Source: a virus
DNA length: 64,000 nucleotides
IMG/VR virus record: IMGVR_UViG_3300044797_000094
Location: 1-64,000 of that record
Strand: one strand, 5' to 3'
Shown here: one piece after another, positions 1 to 8,887 of the stretch
Numbering within the stretch: the first letter of the stretch is position 1
Layout: every line of letters starts with the position of its first letter
Notes under the pieces: model-generated
The model's input: only the letters and a program-made list of their open reading frames with translations
Database searches by the model: none
What the model was told of the DNA's origin: nothing
Translations under genes and position numbers: made by a program

Positions 1-624
1 ATCGCGTCAGGCGCGTCCAGCAATCTTCTGGCGATTCAAGTGGGCGGCTCAAATCTCTTCACTGTATCGACAGCCGGAAACGTCGCCGCCAGCAATCTCA
101 GCCTTGGGGGAACGTTGACGACGGCTGCGGCCGCGACTCTTTCCGGCGCGTATTCATTCACAGGTACGCTTACCGCCGCGACGAGCGTTACATTTCCAAC
201 CAGCGGAACGCTTCTCACAAGCGCATCCGCAGCCGTGACAAGCGCGGTGGCCATCACCGGCGGAACGATTGACGGCACGACGATTGGCGGAACGACGCCC
301 TGTCAGGCGCAGGTCTATAGTCCAGTCAATGCACAAACAGGGACGACGTACACCTTCGCGTTGAGCGACAACGGGACCACGGTCTACGGGAGCAACTCGT
401 CGGCACAGACGTACACCATTCCAAAGCATACGACGACCGCGCTGCCGGTCGGAGCGGAAATCGTCGTGATGCAATGGGGTAGCGGAAAAATCAGCCCCTC
501 CGGCGCATCGGGCGTGACGCTGAATTTGCCGAGCGGAGTGACCGGATCGAATGGCCAATATACCGCGTTCGTGCTCAAGCAAATGACCACTGATACCTGG
601 GTCGCTTTCGGAAACATGGCATGA
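1..624 (+). CDS. Tail fibre / virion fibre protein, C-terminal part (5' end lies outside the window)
   Basis: Frame is open from base 1. Thr/Gly/Ser-rich, with a 'AITGGTIDGTTIG' repeat and a C-terminal 'NAQTGTTYT...D.G...GAEI.V.Q.G.G...W..FG' module typical of phage fibre tips. Confidence 0.7.
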   Translation: MASGASSNLLAIQVGGSNLFTVSTAGNVAASNLSLGGTLTTAAAATLSGAYSFTGTLTAATSVTFPTSGTLLTSASAAVTSAVAITGGTIDGTTIGGTTPCQAQVYSPVNAQTGTTYTFALSDNGTTVYGSNSSAQTYTIPKHTTTALPVGAEIVVMQWGSGKISPSGASGVTLNLPSGVTGSNGQYTAFVLKQMTTDTWVAFGNMA

Positions 625-1271
625 CGGTCGCTGGAATCATAGGAGCGCTGGTAAAGTCGGGCGGGGGCGGTCCTCCGTCGCCAAACGTCTACACGAGCGG
701 GACCGGCACCGTCACATCGAGCTGGACTGGTACCGTCACGATTGAGGGTTATGGCCCTGGCGGCGGCGGTGCGGGGGGCGACAGTTCAAACCCGGCTGGC
801 GGTTCCGGCGGTGGCGGCGGCGGCTACTTCAAGATTGTGCTGTCGGTGACAAGCGGGCAGCAATTCGTCTATACAGTCGGCACATTGGGGACGGGCGGCA
901 CGACGGCTCCGACGAACGGCGTGGCGGGGACGGCGACGACCGTTGTCAACGGCGTAACAACATACACGGCTAACGGCGGAGGCGGAGGGACAACGGATAA
1001 CGGCGGGGGTGGGGCGGGCGGCACCGCGAGTGGCGGCAGCACGAACACAACAGGGACAGCGGGAAGTGTCAACAATGGATCGAGTAATTCTGGGGGGGCT
1101 GGTGGCGCTGGGGCCGGACCGCTAGGGGGGGCCGGAGGCGCGGGAGTGGCGTCTGGAACTTCCGGGAACAATGGGTCTAGCTATGGCGGTGGCGGTGGTG
1201 GCGCGGGAAAGAACGCCCTGGGCGGAGGCGGATCGTCAGGCACCGGGGCTGCGATCTTCACCTGGTCATGA
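621..1271 (+). CDS. Glycine-rich virion (fibre-associated) protein
   Basis: GGGGAGG repeats; ATGA overlap with the preceding fibre gene. Confidence 0.65.
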   Translation: MTVAGIIGALVKSGGGGPPSPNVYTSGTGTVTSSWTGTVTIEGYGPGGGGAGGDSSNPAGGSGGGGGGYFKIVLSVTSGQQFVYTVGTLGTGGTTAPTNGVAGTATTVVNGVTTYTANGGGGGTTDNGGGGAGGTASGGSTNTTGTAGSVNNGSSNSGGAGGAGAGPLGGAGGAGVASGTSGNNGSSYGGGGGGAGKNALGGGGSSGTGAAIFTWS

Positions 1272-1323
1272 TCTGATTGTGTATTTGGACCGTTGAGGGT
1301 ATGGAGCAATCACATGGCATTGA

Positions 1324-1360
1324 AAACTGTTGACAAATAGTATCGAATGTCGATCAGAAT
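1324..1360 (+). promoter_or_regulatory. Sigma70-like promoter overlapping a degenerate copy of the 16-bp operator
   Basis: AAACTGTTGACAAATA (1324-1339) contains TTGACA (1330-1335). Candidate -10 CAGAAT (1355-1360) has a long 19-nt spacer. Confidence 0.45.
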
Positions 1361-1364
1361 TTAC

Positions 1365-1494
1365 GTTCCCTCGGCTTGAGGGATCATGCCTGTGGACGGC
1401 TCGACAATCCTGAAACCGGCAATGGAATCGGGGCGGAGTCGGTTGAAGCAGGAGCTAAACCGTGTCCACTTTTAGGCACATTTTAGAGAGCAGG
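1365..1494 (+). ncRNA. Orphan IS607/TnpB-type omega-RNA (reRNA) scaffold
   Basis: Hallmark order hairpin-GCCTGTGGA...TGAAGCAGGA-CTAAACCGTG hairpin-TTTAGAGAGCAGG. Stems pair: TCCCTC/GAGGGA, CCTG/CAGG, CGGCTC/GAGTCG, a GCAA tetraloop, CTAAA/TTTAG. Loop GCTT can pair with the 3' GAGC as a pseudoknot. Confidence 0.6.
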
Positions 1495-1504
1495 ACGACG
1501 AATT

Positions 1505-1732
1505 ATGAAAGAAATCTACATCGTGACAATTGGTCTGGCGGCGTGCCTGTTATTCGTTGCCACGATAACACGGCAGCCTGAAGAGATCTGGAGCGACGAT
1601 AAGGAATCGTTTCGCCGCGAATGGGTGGCGAGAGAGGGAAGTCTGGACGAATTCGGTCGACATATCAATCCGGACGGAACGCTCGTGGATCAAGAGGTGA
1701 CTCGAAAGGAACCTGGCGATGACGCCGCTTGA
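1505..1732 (+). CDS. Small protein with N-terminal membrane/signal segment
   Basis: Hydrophobic N-terminus IYIVTIGLAACLLFVATI. Confidence 0.55.
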   Translation: MKEIYIVTIGLAACLLFVATITRQPEEIWSDDKESFRREWVAREGSLDEFGRHINPDGTLVDQEVTRKEPGDDAA

Positions 1733-2339
1733 AGCCGCCAATATCGCGAAAGCCGCCTACAATGCGGGCGACTTCACTGTCGTCGGGAATGTCCTGTCAT
1801 TTCGCGGAAGCGACGATCTTGGCGACTGGATTAAAGACCTGGAACTCTACGAGATTAAACAGCATGTGGAATATCCCGGTCTCGTTCATGATGGATTCGC
1901 CACGCGGCTTGCGTTGCTGTGGCCACGAATAATCTCAAAAATACCACAAAATGGCGATCTCGTTATTGTCGGCCATTCTCTTGGCGGGGCGCTCGCCACA
2001 CTCGCTTCCGTCAGGTTAAAGGATGCCGGTTACGCCACGACAGTCTTCACATTTGGCAGTCCGCGCGTCGGAAACTCCGTGTTCTCGGCGGCTTACAAAT
2101 GCGACCACTTCCGTTTCGTCAATCGGGCCGACATCGTGCCGCACTTGCCGCCATTTAAAGTGATCGGCGAACAGTACTTGCACGTTAATACCTTGAAGTG
2201 GATCGATTTCAATGGTCGATTAGCCTTGGAAAACGAACACTATCTGTTGGAAGCGATCGAATCTCGTGACATGGTGATCGAGGACCACTACATTGAGAAC
2301 TACATCGCGGCCATTGCCAAACTGGGCGTGCAGAGTTGA
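1719..2339 (+). CDS. Lipase, class 3 (alpha/beta hydrolase)
   Basis: FRGS oxyanion motif, VHDGF, nucleophile elbow GHSLGGA, TFGSPRVG, DIVPHLP and a C-terminal DH. Confidence 0.92.
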   Translation: MTPLEAANIAKAAYNAGDFTVVGNVLSFRGSDDLGDWIKDLELYEIKQHVEYPGLVHDGFATRLALLWPRIISKIPQNGDLVIVGHSLGGALATLASVRLKDAGYATTVFTFGSPRVGNSVFSAAYKCDHFRFVNRADIVPHLPPFKVIGEQYLHVNTLKWIDFNGRLALENEHYLLEAIESRDMVIEDHYIENYIAAIAKLGVQS

Positions 2340-2418
2340 TTGCCAAAATGACGCATGATGGATAGCATTTGCATCGCTCGTGCTCGGAACTCATTTCCAC
2401 ACGGAGAGGCGGTGATCC

Positions 2419-2853
2419 TTGTCAAATCTCAGCGACTGGCAGGCGTGGGTCGCAAGCTGGGTCAACTGGCTCAAGGCAAAAGACGACGCCTATGATGCGG
2501 AAGACGCATCTCTTGAATCACGAATCGCGACACTCGAAACAAATTTGGGGGCAATCATGACCGGACAAGCGGATATCCTTGCGGCCGAAACAGCGGCGGC
2601 GGCGGCAATTGACACGGCGACACAGCTTCTGACCTCTCTTGTAAGTGTTGCGACGTCATTGCAAAACACGGTAACGTCTCTGCAATCGACGGTAGCGGCA
2701 TTGCAGGCGGCCGCTGCGCCGGAAGATGCGGCCCTTGAAGCGGCCTCCCTGGATCTCAGCACGCACCTTGGAACGCTGAACACGGCAATCTCGACGGCAC
2801 AATCGGCGTTGGCGGCGTTGAACCCGGCCTCATCCGCATCTTCCTCAAGCTGA
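2419..2853 (+). CDS. Coiled-coil protein ending in a poly-Ser tail
   Basis: Heptad-rich Ala/Thr/Leu sequence; C-terminus ASSASSSS. Confidence 0.6.
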   Translation: MSNLSDWQAWVASWVNWLKAKDDAYDAEDASLESRIATLETNLGAIMTGQADILAAETAAAAAIDTATQLLTSLVSVATSLQNTVTSLQSTVAALQAAAAPEDAALEAASLDLSTHLGTLNTAISTAQSALAALNPASSASSSS

Positions 2854-2883
2854 ATCACCACGAAAGATCATGATGATCTTCGG

Positions 2884-2918
2884 CTCGCGCCGGGCGCTCC
2901 AATCCCGGCCGAGTTTTT
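2884..2918 (+). terminator. Rho-independent terminator
   Basis: CTCG-c-GCCGGG / CCCGGC-CGAG stem followed by TTTTT. Confidence 0.7.
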
Positions 2919-2937
2919 AATACTCGCGGGTTGTCAC

Positions 2938-3252
2938 ATGTCAATTATCGTCGATCTGAGTGCTCGTCCATTAAATTTCTCCTTCGATGATAATGGAGAA
3001 AGGGAATTTCTCTGGCCTGACAGACCCGATCTGACGCTCGGCGCGGCATTCGCCAAGTTCATACTCGCCGAAGCGACAGATGGCCCGGCGGTCAAATATG
3101 TTATGTGGTGTTACGCTCTCGGCGAGAATCGGCCGATTGAGTTAAACGACAAGGAATACGATCTCCTTTACGACCTAGCGGACAAATCCAAGATCGCTGC
3201 GATTCTGCGAGGTCAGATTCTGATTGCAATGGAAGAGGCCAAAAAATCCTGA
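2938..3252 (+). CDS. Hypothetical phage protein
   Basis: Clean ORF in operon context. Confidence 0.55.
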   Translation: MSIIVDLSARPLNFSFDDNGEREFLWPDRPDLTLGAAFAKFILAEATDGPAVKYVMWCYALGENRPIELNDKEYDLLYDLADKSKIAAILRGQILIAMEEAKKS

Positions 3253-3264
3253 CGGAGTCGCTTC

Positions 3265-4041
3265 GTGGCCAGTAAAATTATTCAAGGCGACATCCCACCC
3301 GGCGGCACGATCACCGGAAAAGTGTTCGATCGAAACACGGGGGCATTGATCAGCACATCTGGAGATTTGTCATTCTCGCAAACCGGAGCGAATCCGCTTT
3401 TCAACCAAGCGACGATGACTGATGCGGCGATCGGAACACAGGTCATTGTCCTGTATAGAAATGGATCTGCGTTCGCGGATTATCTGATCGACTTTCCACA
3501 AACTGAGACGGCGGGGAGCTACGATTTTCAGGATTCTCCTACAGTGGCCGATATTGCCGCCGGAATTGTCGATCTTGACATTAAGATCGTCGTCGCAATT
3601 CCTCCAGCGGTGGCGACCGGAAGCCTTACACCAGGCCAGATCACATGCACTCGCGGCGACACATTGGCCGTGACTAACGGGACGACTGTCGCGCTTTTGG
3701 GAAATATTTCGGCCAGAACGAAGCTGAGTTTCACGGCGAAACTGCCTTGGGCCGTTCAGAATTCAGCGAATACCGATTCTCAGGCAATCATTCAGGTGGT
3801 GGAGGGAATCGGCCTCACAATTCTGAATGGCGCTCCAGCGTCAAATTCAGCTTATGGAAGCCTGGTCGTGACAGACGCCTCAACGGGCGTCTTTACTCTC
3901 ACAATCGCCGCACAAGCCACGGCGGCGATTCCAATTGAGGATCTGCTGTGGGATGTGCAAGTCGAATTCGCATCCAACATTTCGACGCCGATCAACGGGA
4001 CATTCTCGATCGCGCCTGATGTGACGCAGGCGACGAATTAA
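3265..4041 (+). CDS. Virion structural protein with a C-terminal Ig-like/BppU-like domain
   Basis: 'RGDTL...FTAK...G.FTLTI....TA.....LLWDVQV...GTF.I..DVT' pattern. Confidence 0.6.
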   Translation: MASKIIQGDIPPGGTITGKVFDRNTGALISTSGDLSFSQTGANPLFNQATMTDAAIGTQVIVLYRNGSAFADYLIDFPQTETAGSYDFQDSPTVADIAAGIVDLDIKIVVAIPPAVATGSLTPGQITCTRGDTLAVTNGTTVALLGNISARTKLSFTAKLPWAVQNSANTDSQAIIQVVEGIGLTILNGAPASNSAYGSLVVTDASTGVFTLTIAAQATAAIPIEDLLWDVQVEFASNISTPINGTFSIAPDVTQATN

Positions 4042-4053
4042 TGGGCAATCAAA

Positions 4054-4422
4054 ATGGCATCGCAGTTGACCCGGAGAAATCGAACAGGTTGGAGGAAAAT
4101 GCCAGACGAAAGCCTTCGTCTCGTGACTCGTTGCGATGTATTTTATAAAGTCACCGACGAAAGCATCGCAATTCTCTTGTGTTATTGCGGTTACGAATGC
4201 GAAGCGATTGTGTTTGGAGCGTTTAGAATGCAGTTGACGATCAGAAGGGAATCTGTAAGAGCGAAGATTGCTGAAATGGACGAGCGACTTCGAAAATGCG
4301 GCGTGTTCGGAATCGTGGAAAAAGAGTCATTCAGGCCGCAAAAAAACAAGAGAAAGCCGAGACCGACGCATGAAATCATCGGAAACGCTCCTGATTGGTC
4401 CGTAAAAATGATCGCGGACTGA
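4054..4422 (+). CDS. Hypothetical protein
   Basis: ORF in operon context. Confidence 0.45.
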   Translation: MASQLTRRNRTGWRKMPDESLRLVTRCDVFYKVTDESIAILLCYCGYECEAIVFGAFRMQLTIRRESVRAKIAEMDERLRKCGVFGIVEKESFRPQKNKRKPRPTHEIIGNAPDWSVKMIAD

Positions 4423-4427
4423 AAACG

Positions 4428-4754
4428 ATGCGAAATGCCGAGCGAAAGCTGCTTCACAATCTACACGGCGGAATCTGCTTTTGGTGTCATCGTCGAACAA
4501 GGCTGAAACGCCCGAGGCCGAGCGACGGCCAGCTTGATCCACTCGCATCAACGATCGATCATCTGATCAATAAATTGGATCGGCCCCACAAACTCGAAGC
4601 CGTCACCGTCAACTCGTGCCATCAATGCAACCAAAGGCGTGGCCAGGAAACAAATGTCGCCAAGCCAGAGGATCGGCGAAAGAGGATGGAAATCGACGTC
4701 GAAGAATATTTGAAATGGCATGCGGCAATCCGTCGAGATGGAATCCTGTCTTGA
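4428..4754 (+). CDS. HNH endonuclease, terminase-adjacent
   Basis: CFWC...STIDH...SCHQCNQRRG. Confidence 0.8.
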   Translation: MRNAERKLLHNLHGGICFWCHRRTRLKRPRPSDGQLDPLASTIDHLINKLDRPHKLEAVTVNSCHQCNQRRGQETNVAKPEDRRKRMEIDVEEYLKWHAAIRRDGILS

Positions 4755-4901
4755 CGGACGCGACGAGCCATTCGTAAATTGGAGGCCTTGAGTTCATTGG
4801 ACGGAGGAGTCGACGACGCAAAATCGTTGGCCGCCGATTCGATGGTCCGGTTCCAGAACTCGGCAAGCTAAAAAGACGCCGAATAAATTGGAAGGCAATC
4901 A

Positions 4902-5597
4902 ATGCCGGGAAAGAGGACAAGAAAACGAGATCGAATTTGGAAAGAACGCGAACGCGAAGCGAAGCGAGTGGAAGCCGAAAATCAAGCGGCGCCAATTCGG
5001 CCAGAAGAAATAACGACTGCTGATTTAGTCGCCGAAAAGACTGGAAAAAGCGGCGTCACGTATATTCCAGAGATCGTTTCTGGCATGGATGATGGGGAAG
5101 GGGGAAAAGTAATTCGCCCCGCCGAAATCGCGATTGCGAGGCGGGCGATTCGGGAAGACTGGCCGCTCGAACCGGAGAAGCGAAATCAGCTCATGGAAGA
5201 GTTATACAAAGTCGCGATGACGAAGCCGAAAATTGTGGCCGGCGCACCTGATCCAGGTCGGGCAATCCGGGTTTCATCGACGACCCGCGTCCTTGCGATG
5301 CGAACGCTCGTGATGGCCGATGGAATCAACGCCAAACGAGAGCAAATCGACGTAACCGCCGCCAGAGCGAATCTTGGCGTCAAAGTCAACGTAAACGTCG
5401 GCGTCAGCGTGTCTCAGCATGTTCAGGCCGCTGTCGCGGCGGAGCCGGAATATTTGGAGTGGTTGCGTGAGCGAGCCTACCCCGCAGATCGAGACGCCGA
5501 TGCTTTGGGCCGCGACGATCTCAAAACGGAAATTCTTACTGCCGACGCATGTCAGGGTGATGGACAAGGCGGTGACGGACACGATTCAGGGAATTGA
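4902..5597 (+). CDS. terS: Probable terminase small subunit
   Basis: Lies immediately upstream of and overlaps TerL; helical protein with a 'VNVNVGV' C-terminal strand. Confidence 0.55.
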   Translation: MPGKRTRKRDRIWKEREREAKRVEAENQAAPIRPEEITTADLVAEKTGKSGVTYIPEIVSGMDDGEGGKVIRPAEIAIARRAIREDWPLEPEKRNQLMEELYKVAMTKPKIVAGAPDPGRAIRVSSTTRVLAMRTLVMADGINAKREQIDVTAARANLGVKVNVNVGVSVSQHVQAAVAAEPEYLEWLRERAYPADRDADALGRDDLKTEILTADACQGDGQGGDGHDSGN

Positions 5598-6951
5598 CGG
5601 CATTCGGCGGTTGATGATTTGCATGCCGCCTCGGCACGGCAAAAGTTCGTACGCCTCTCAATATTTCCCGTCCTGGTTTCTCGGTACGTTCCCAGACAAG
5701 CGTGTGATCCTCACGAGTTATGAAGCGTCATTCGCGGCCACATGGGGACGGAAGGCTAGAAACCTTTTGGAAGAACACGGTGGACTCTTTGGCGTTCGCG
5801 TCGCATCGTCGCCCAGTGCCGCCGATCAATGGGACATCGAAGGAAATACGGGCGGGATGGTGACGGCTGGGGTCGGCGGCCCAATTACTGGCCGCGGCGC
5901 GGACTGTGCAATTATCGACGACGCCTTAAAAAACTTTGAGGAAGCGTCATCGCAACTTATTCGGGATAAGATTTGGGACTGGTGGCAGTCGACGTTGTAT
6001 ACTCGCCTTGAGCCTAACGCCGTGGTCGTGATGGTAATGACTCGGTGGCATGAAGACGACCTCTGCGGACGAATCATCGCAAGCGTCAAGTCCGGCGAAA
6101 GTGAACGCTGGCGAATGCTTCGCCTTCCAGCGATAAACAGTCAGAATCTCGCGCTATGGCCAGAGCGATATTCATTGAAGGATCTTCATCAGATTCGTCG
6201 ATCAGTCGGCCCGCATCATTGGGAAGCCCTCTACCAGCAAAATCCGACGGCGAGGGAGGGTTCTTTCTTCAAGGTCAACAAGTTCAATTATGCGCCTTCG
6301 GAACCAATTGGGCTTCGGACTGTCCGAGCGTGGGACTTGGCCGCGACGGAAGGCGACGGCGACTACACGGCGGGAGTGAGGATCGGCATCGACAATGAAG
6401 GGCGAGTTTACGTCTGCCATGTCCAACGCGGCCAATGGGCGACGGACGAACGGGACCGATGGTTGAAATCGACGGCGGTTGAAGACGGCTATGGAACGAT
6501 GATTCATTTGGCGGAAGACCCAGGCCAGGCGTCGAAATCGCAGATGCTGACGCTTTCCCGTCTACTGAACGGATTCAGCGTCAAAAGCCTTCGTGTGACC
6601 GGCAAGAAAACCACGCGGGCCGACTCGTTCAGTTCTCAAGTGAATATGGGAAACGTCTGGCTTGTGAAGGGAAGCTGGAACGGTCCCTACATCGAAGAAT
6701 TGAGGCAATTCGACAAAGGTAAAAATGATGATCAAATCGACGCATCGGCCGACGCCTACAATGAATTGACGCAAACCACAAATCAATATTACGTCGCGAC
6801 CGGAGGCGACAGAGACGACCGAGAAATTGAGCATCATCCCTATGGCGGCATGGTGGAAAAAGACGACGATTTAGAAGAAACTCCGCCTCCAAAAATAGAC
6901 AAGCCCGTTTCGTATCCGTATCACGTGGGCGGCACAGATCGAGTCTACTGA
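5419..6951 (+). CDS. terL: Terminase large subunit (true start probably about 5467-5500)
   Basis: Walker A MPPRHGKS, Walker B CAIIDD, MTRWHEDDL motif, nuclease motifs AWDLA and NDDQIDA. Confidence 0.95.
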   Translation: MFRPLSRRSRNIWSGCVSEPTPQIETPMLWAATISKRKFLLPTHVRVMDKAVTDTIQGIDGIRRLMICMPPRHGKSSYASQYFPSWFLGTFPDKRVILTSYEASFAATWGRKARNLLEEHGGLFGVRVASSPSAADQWDIEGNTGGMVTAGVGGPITGRGADCAIIDDALKNFEEASSQLIRDKIWDWWQSTLYTRLEPNAVVVMVMTRWHEDDLCGRIIASVKSGESERWRMLRLPAINSQNLALWPERYSLKDLHQIRRSVGPHHWEALYQQNPTAREGSFFKVNKFNYAPSEPIGLRTVRAWDLAATEGDGDYTAGVRIGIDNEGRVYVCHVQRGQWATDERDRWLKSTAVEDGYGTMIHLAEDPGQASKSQMLTLSRLLNGFSVKSLRVTGKKTTRADSFSSQVNMGNVWLVKGSWNGPYIEELRQFDKGKNDDQIDASADAYNELTQTTNQYYVATGGDRDDREIEHHPYGGMVEKDDDLEETPPPKIDKPVSYPYHVGGTDRVY

Positions 6952-6990
6952 AAGACAAAGTCAAATGAGAATAAAACGCGACGGACGTTC

Positions 6991-7131
6991 ATGGAAATCG
7001 GCGTTCTCGATGCGCTGAAAAGCGAGCCCATTCCATGTCCGAACTGCTCCAAGCCACGATCCATCGGCATCCGTTTCTGCTCCGCAAGATGCTCGAGTGA
7101 ATTCAGAAGAAAGGCTAAGGCGAATAAATGA
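6991..7131 (+). CDS. 46-aa zinc-finger protein (below the ORF-track cutoff)
   Basis: Translated by hand as MEIGVLDALKSEPIPCPNCSKPRSIGIRFCSARCSSEFRRKAKANK; ATGA overlap with the next gene. Confidence 0.6.
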   Translation: MEIGVLDALKSEPIPCPNCSKPRSIGIRFCSARCSSEFRRKAKANK

Positions 7132-7604
7132 ATGATGATTTATCGATGGATGCCATGCGAGATGTCATAATTCCGTTGTATAAGGAAGCGAAACCGAGTG
7201 GTCCACGTGGAATCAAGCCGTGTCCAAAATGCAAGAATCCACAAGTGATGATGTTCTACTGGAAGGACAACCTGATGTCCTGCGGGCGGTGCGAGCATGA
7301 GGAGGTGATGTCGGGAGTTCCAGCTGCCTTCGATATCGGAAAGTTCTTGTCGGAAGCAAAGCCATGCGCATCGGCCGTCAACGGAACGAAGGATTCTGTC
7401 GTGTTTCTCACGCTCCCTGAATCCGTGCGCCTTGATAAAGATCACGCGAACCGTATCGCTGAATCGGTCCAGGAATCATTCAAAGGAACGTCTCTCGAGG
7501 GGGTGAAGTGTTTAGTGTTCGGTTCGGGAGCGAAAATCACGATTTGTCAGAGCGAAGACGAGGCCGCGATCGAGCGTGCGAAAAGACTGCGGGAAGGCAG
7601 ATGA
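7128..7604 (+). CDS. Zn-ribbon hypothetical protein
   Basis: CPKC...CGRC. Confidence 0.55.
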   Translation: MNDDLSMDAMRDVIIPLYKEAKPSGPRGIKPCPKCKNPQVMMFYWKDNLMSCGRCEHEEVMSGVPAAFDIGKFLSEAKPCASAVNGTKDSVVFLTLPESVRLDKDHANRIAESVQESFKGTSLEGVKCLVFGSGAKITICQSEDEAAIERAKRLREGR

Positions 7605-7915
7605 GTGAACCGAAAACGCTTCTCGGGCTGCCGATCGAATACATCGAGAATCTTGGCGTTCCAAAAGTTGGCTATTTGGAACTGATGCCGGAATTGTTCG
7701 CTGAGATCTGCAAGATCCAAAAGGACGGTCCACCAGGTTTTCTGAAAGTCATCACAAATCCGCTGCCTGATGATGCCGAAGTTGTTGGAATTGAGCGAGC
7801 GGATAACGGCAACCTGAGGATGGCAATCAAATCACGCAGTTACAATGACGGCCAGGTGATCAATCCTCCGCTGCTCTGCCGAGTATTTCAGGGCGACCAA
7901 CCGAAAAGTCATTGA
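7601..7915 (+). CDS. Hypothetical protein
   Basis: ATGA-coupled start at 7601. Confidence 0.55.
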   Translation: MSEPKTLLGLPIEYIENLGVPKVGYLELMPELFAEICKIQKDGPPGFLKVITNPLPDDAEVVGIERADNGNLRMAIKSRSYNDGQVINPPLLCRVFQGDQPKSH

Positions 7916-8272
7916 ATGAACGATCCGCTTCTCTATGCGATCATTGGGCACCTCGTCGGTGACTTTATGGTCCAAAACGACTGGCAGGCAGCTAACAAAA
8001 AGACATCATCGATCGCGTGCGGGATTCATGCGTTCCTTTGGACAATGTGTGTGCTCGCTTCATCGATGTGGTGGAACCCGATAATCGCAGCATGGTTATT
8101 CGTGACTCATTTCGGGATTGATCGAACGAACTTCGTCAAACGGTGGATGGAGTTTAATGGTCAATCGCAATTCATGACTGGCCCGCTGTCTCCTTGGTCG
8201 ATTGTGGTCGTCGACAATATCTGGCATATTCTCACAATCGTCGCCTGCGACAGGTATTTGGCTTGGAGTTGA
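7916..8272 (+). CDS. DUF3307-like membrane protein
   Basis: GHLVGDF.VQ...H...THFGID...DNIWH His/Asp motif set. Confidence 0.8.
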   Translation: MNDPLLYAIIGHLVGDFMVQNDWQAANKKTSSIACGIHAFLWTMCVLASSMWWNPIIAAWLFVTHFGIDRTNFVKRWMEFNGQSQFMTGPLSPWSIVVVDNIWHILTIVACDRYLAWS

Positions 8273-8274
8273 GA

Positions 8275-8505
8275 ATGGCGCAATCCAAAACAGAATTCGA
8301 CTTGCGAGTAGCGAGATTATTCAAGGCGTCTCAAAGGCTGCTTGGTTCTGATTTGACTGACAGAAATAAAAGGGCGTTTGCGGAAGACTTATTCGAGGTC
8401 TGCAAGAGCATCCTCAATCATGACTTCGTGGGGGGCGGAGATATTTCGATGAAATCGCTTCCGGCAAATTCGGAGGCAATTGTGAGCCCGGGCGATGAGC
8501 TATAA
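8275..8505 (+). CDS. Hypothetical protein
   Basis: ORF in operon context. Confidence 0.45.
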   Translation: MAQSKTEFDLRVARLFKASQRLLGSDLTDRNKRAFAEDLFEVCKSILNHDFVGGGDISMKSLPANSEAIVSPGDEL

Positions 8506-8887
8506 AGACGTCAAGATCAGTATTCCCCTCAGGGAAATCATAGCCATGAACGAATCCGTAAAAGCCACGCCGGAAATACGTCGGCGAATCAAACTGAAAT
8601 CAATCCTTGATCGCTGGTCGACCTGCACAATCAGCGTGGAAGACGCGGAAACAGAATTGAGCGATCTTCTGGCGTCGAAGGAACTCGGCCCGCTCGACGT
8701 CCAAAGCGGAAAACTGAAGATCACCTCCGAGCGTGGCATGGCGTTCGATACCATGGTTGAAATCAATGGCCAATCATTCGACTGGGGCGAAAAACTGACG
8801 CTGATCATTGAGGCCGGGATGAAAAATCGTATCCTGATCGAAGGATGCCCGGTTAATTTTGACGGTCCGAAAAAGGAACAATCGTGA
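8495..8887 (+). CDS. Hypothetical protein sharing a W[ST]xCTISxED motif with the ClpN protein
   Basis: LKSILDRWSTCTISVEDAETEL versus LRSLLTKWTACTISLEDFNTEM. Confidence 0.55.
   Translation: MSYKDVKISIPLREIIAMNESVKATPEIRRRIKLKSILDRWSTCTISVEDAETELSDLLASKELGPLDVQSGKLKITSERGMAFDTMVEINGQSFDWGEKLTLIIEAGMKNRILIEGCPVNFDGPKKEQS

Noticed and set aside
1495-1510. Omega-RNA guide (GACGAATT) targeting the operator half-site
   Set aside because: The match is only 5-8 nt, and the operator is palindromic and occurs in both orientations, which fits a dimeric protein better. Kept only as a remote possibility.
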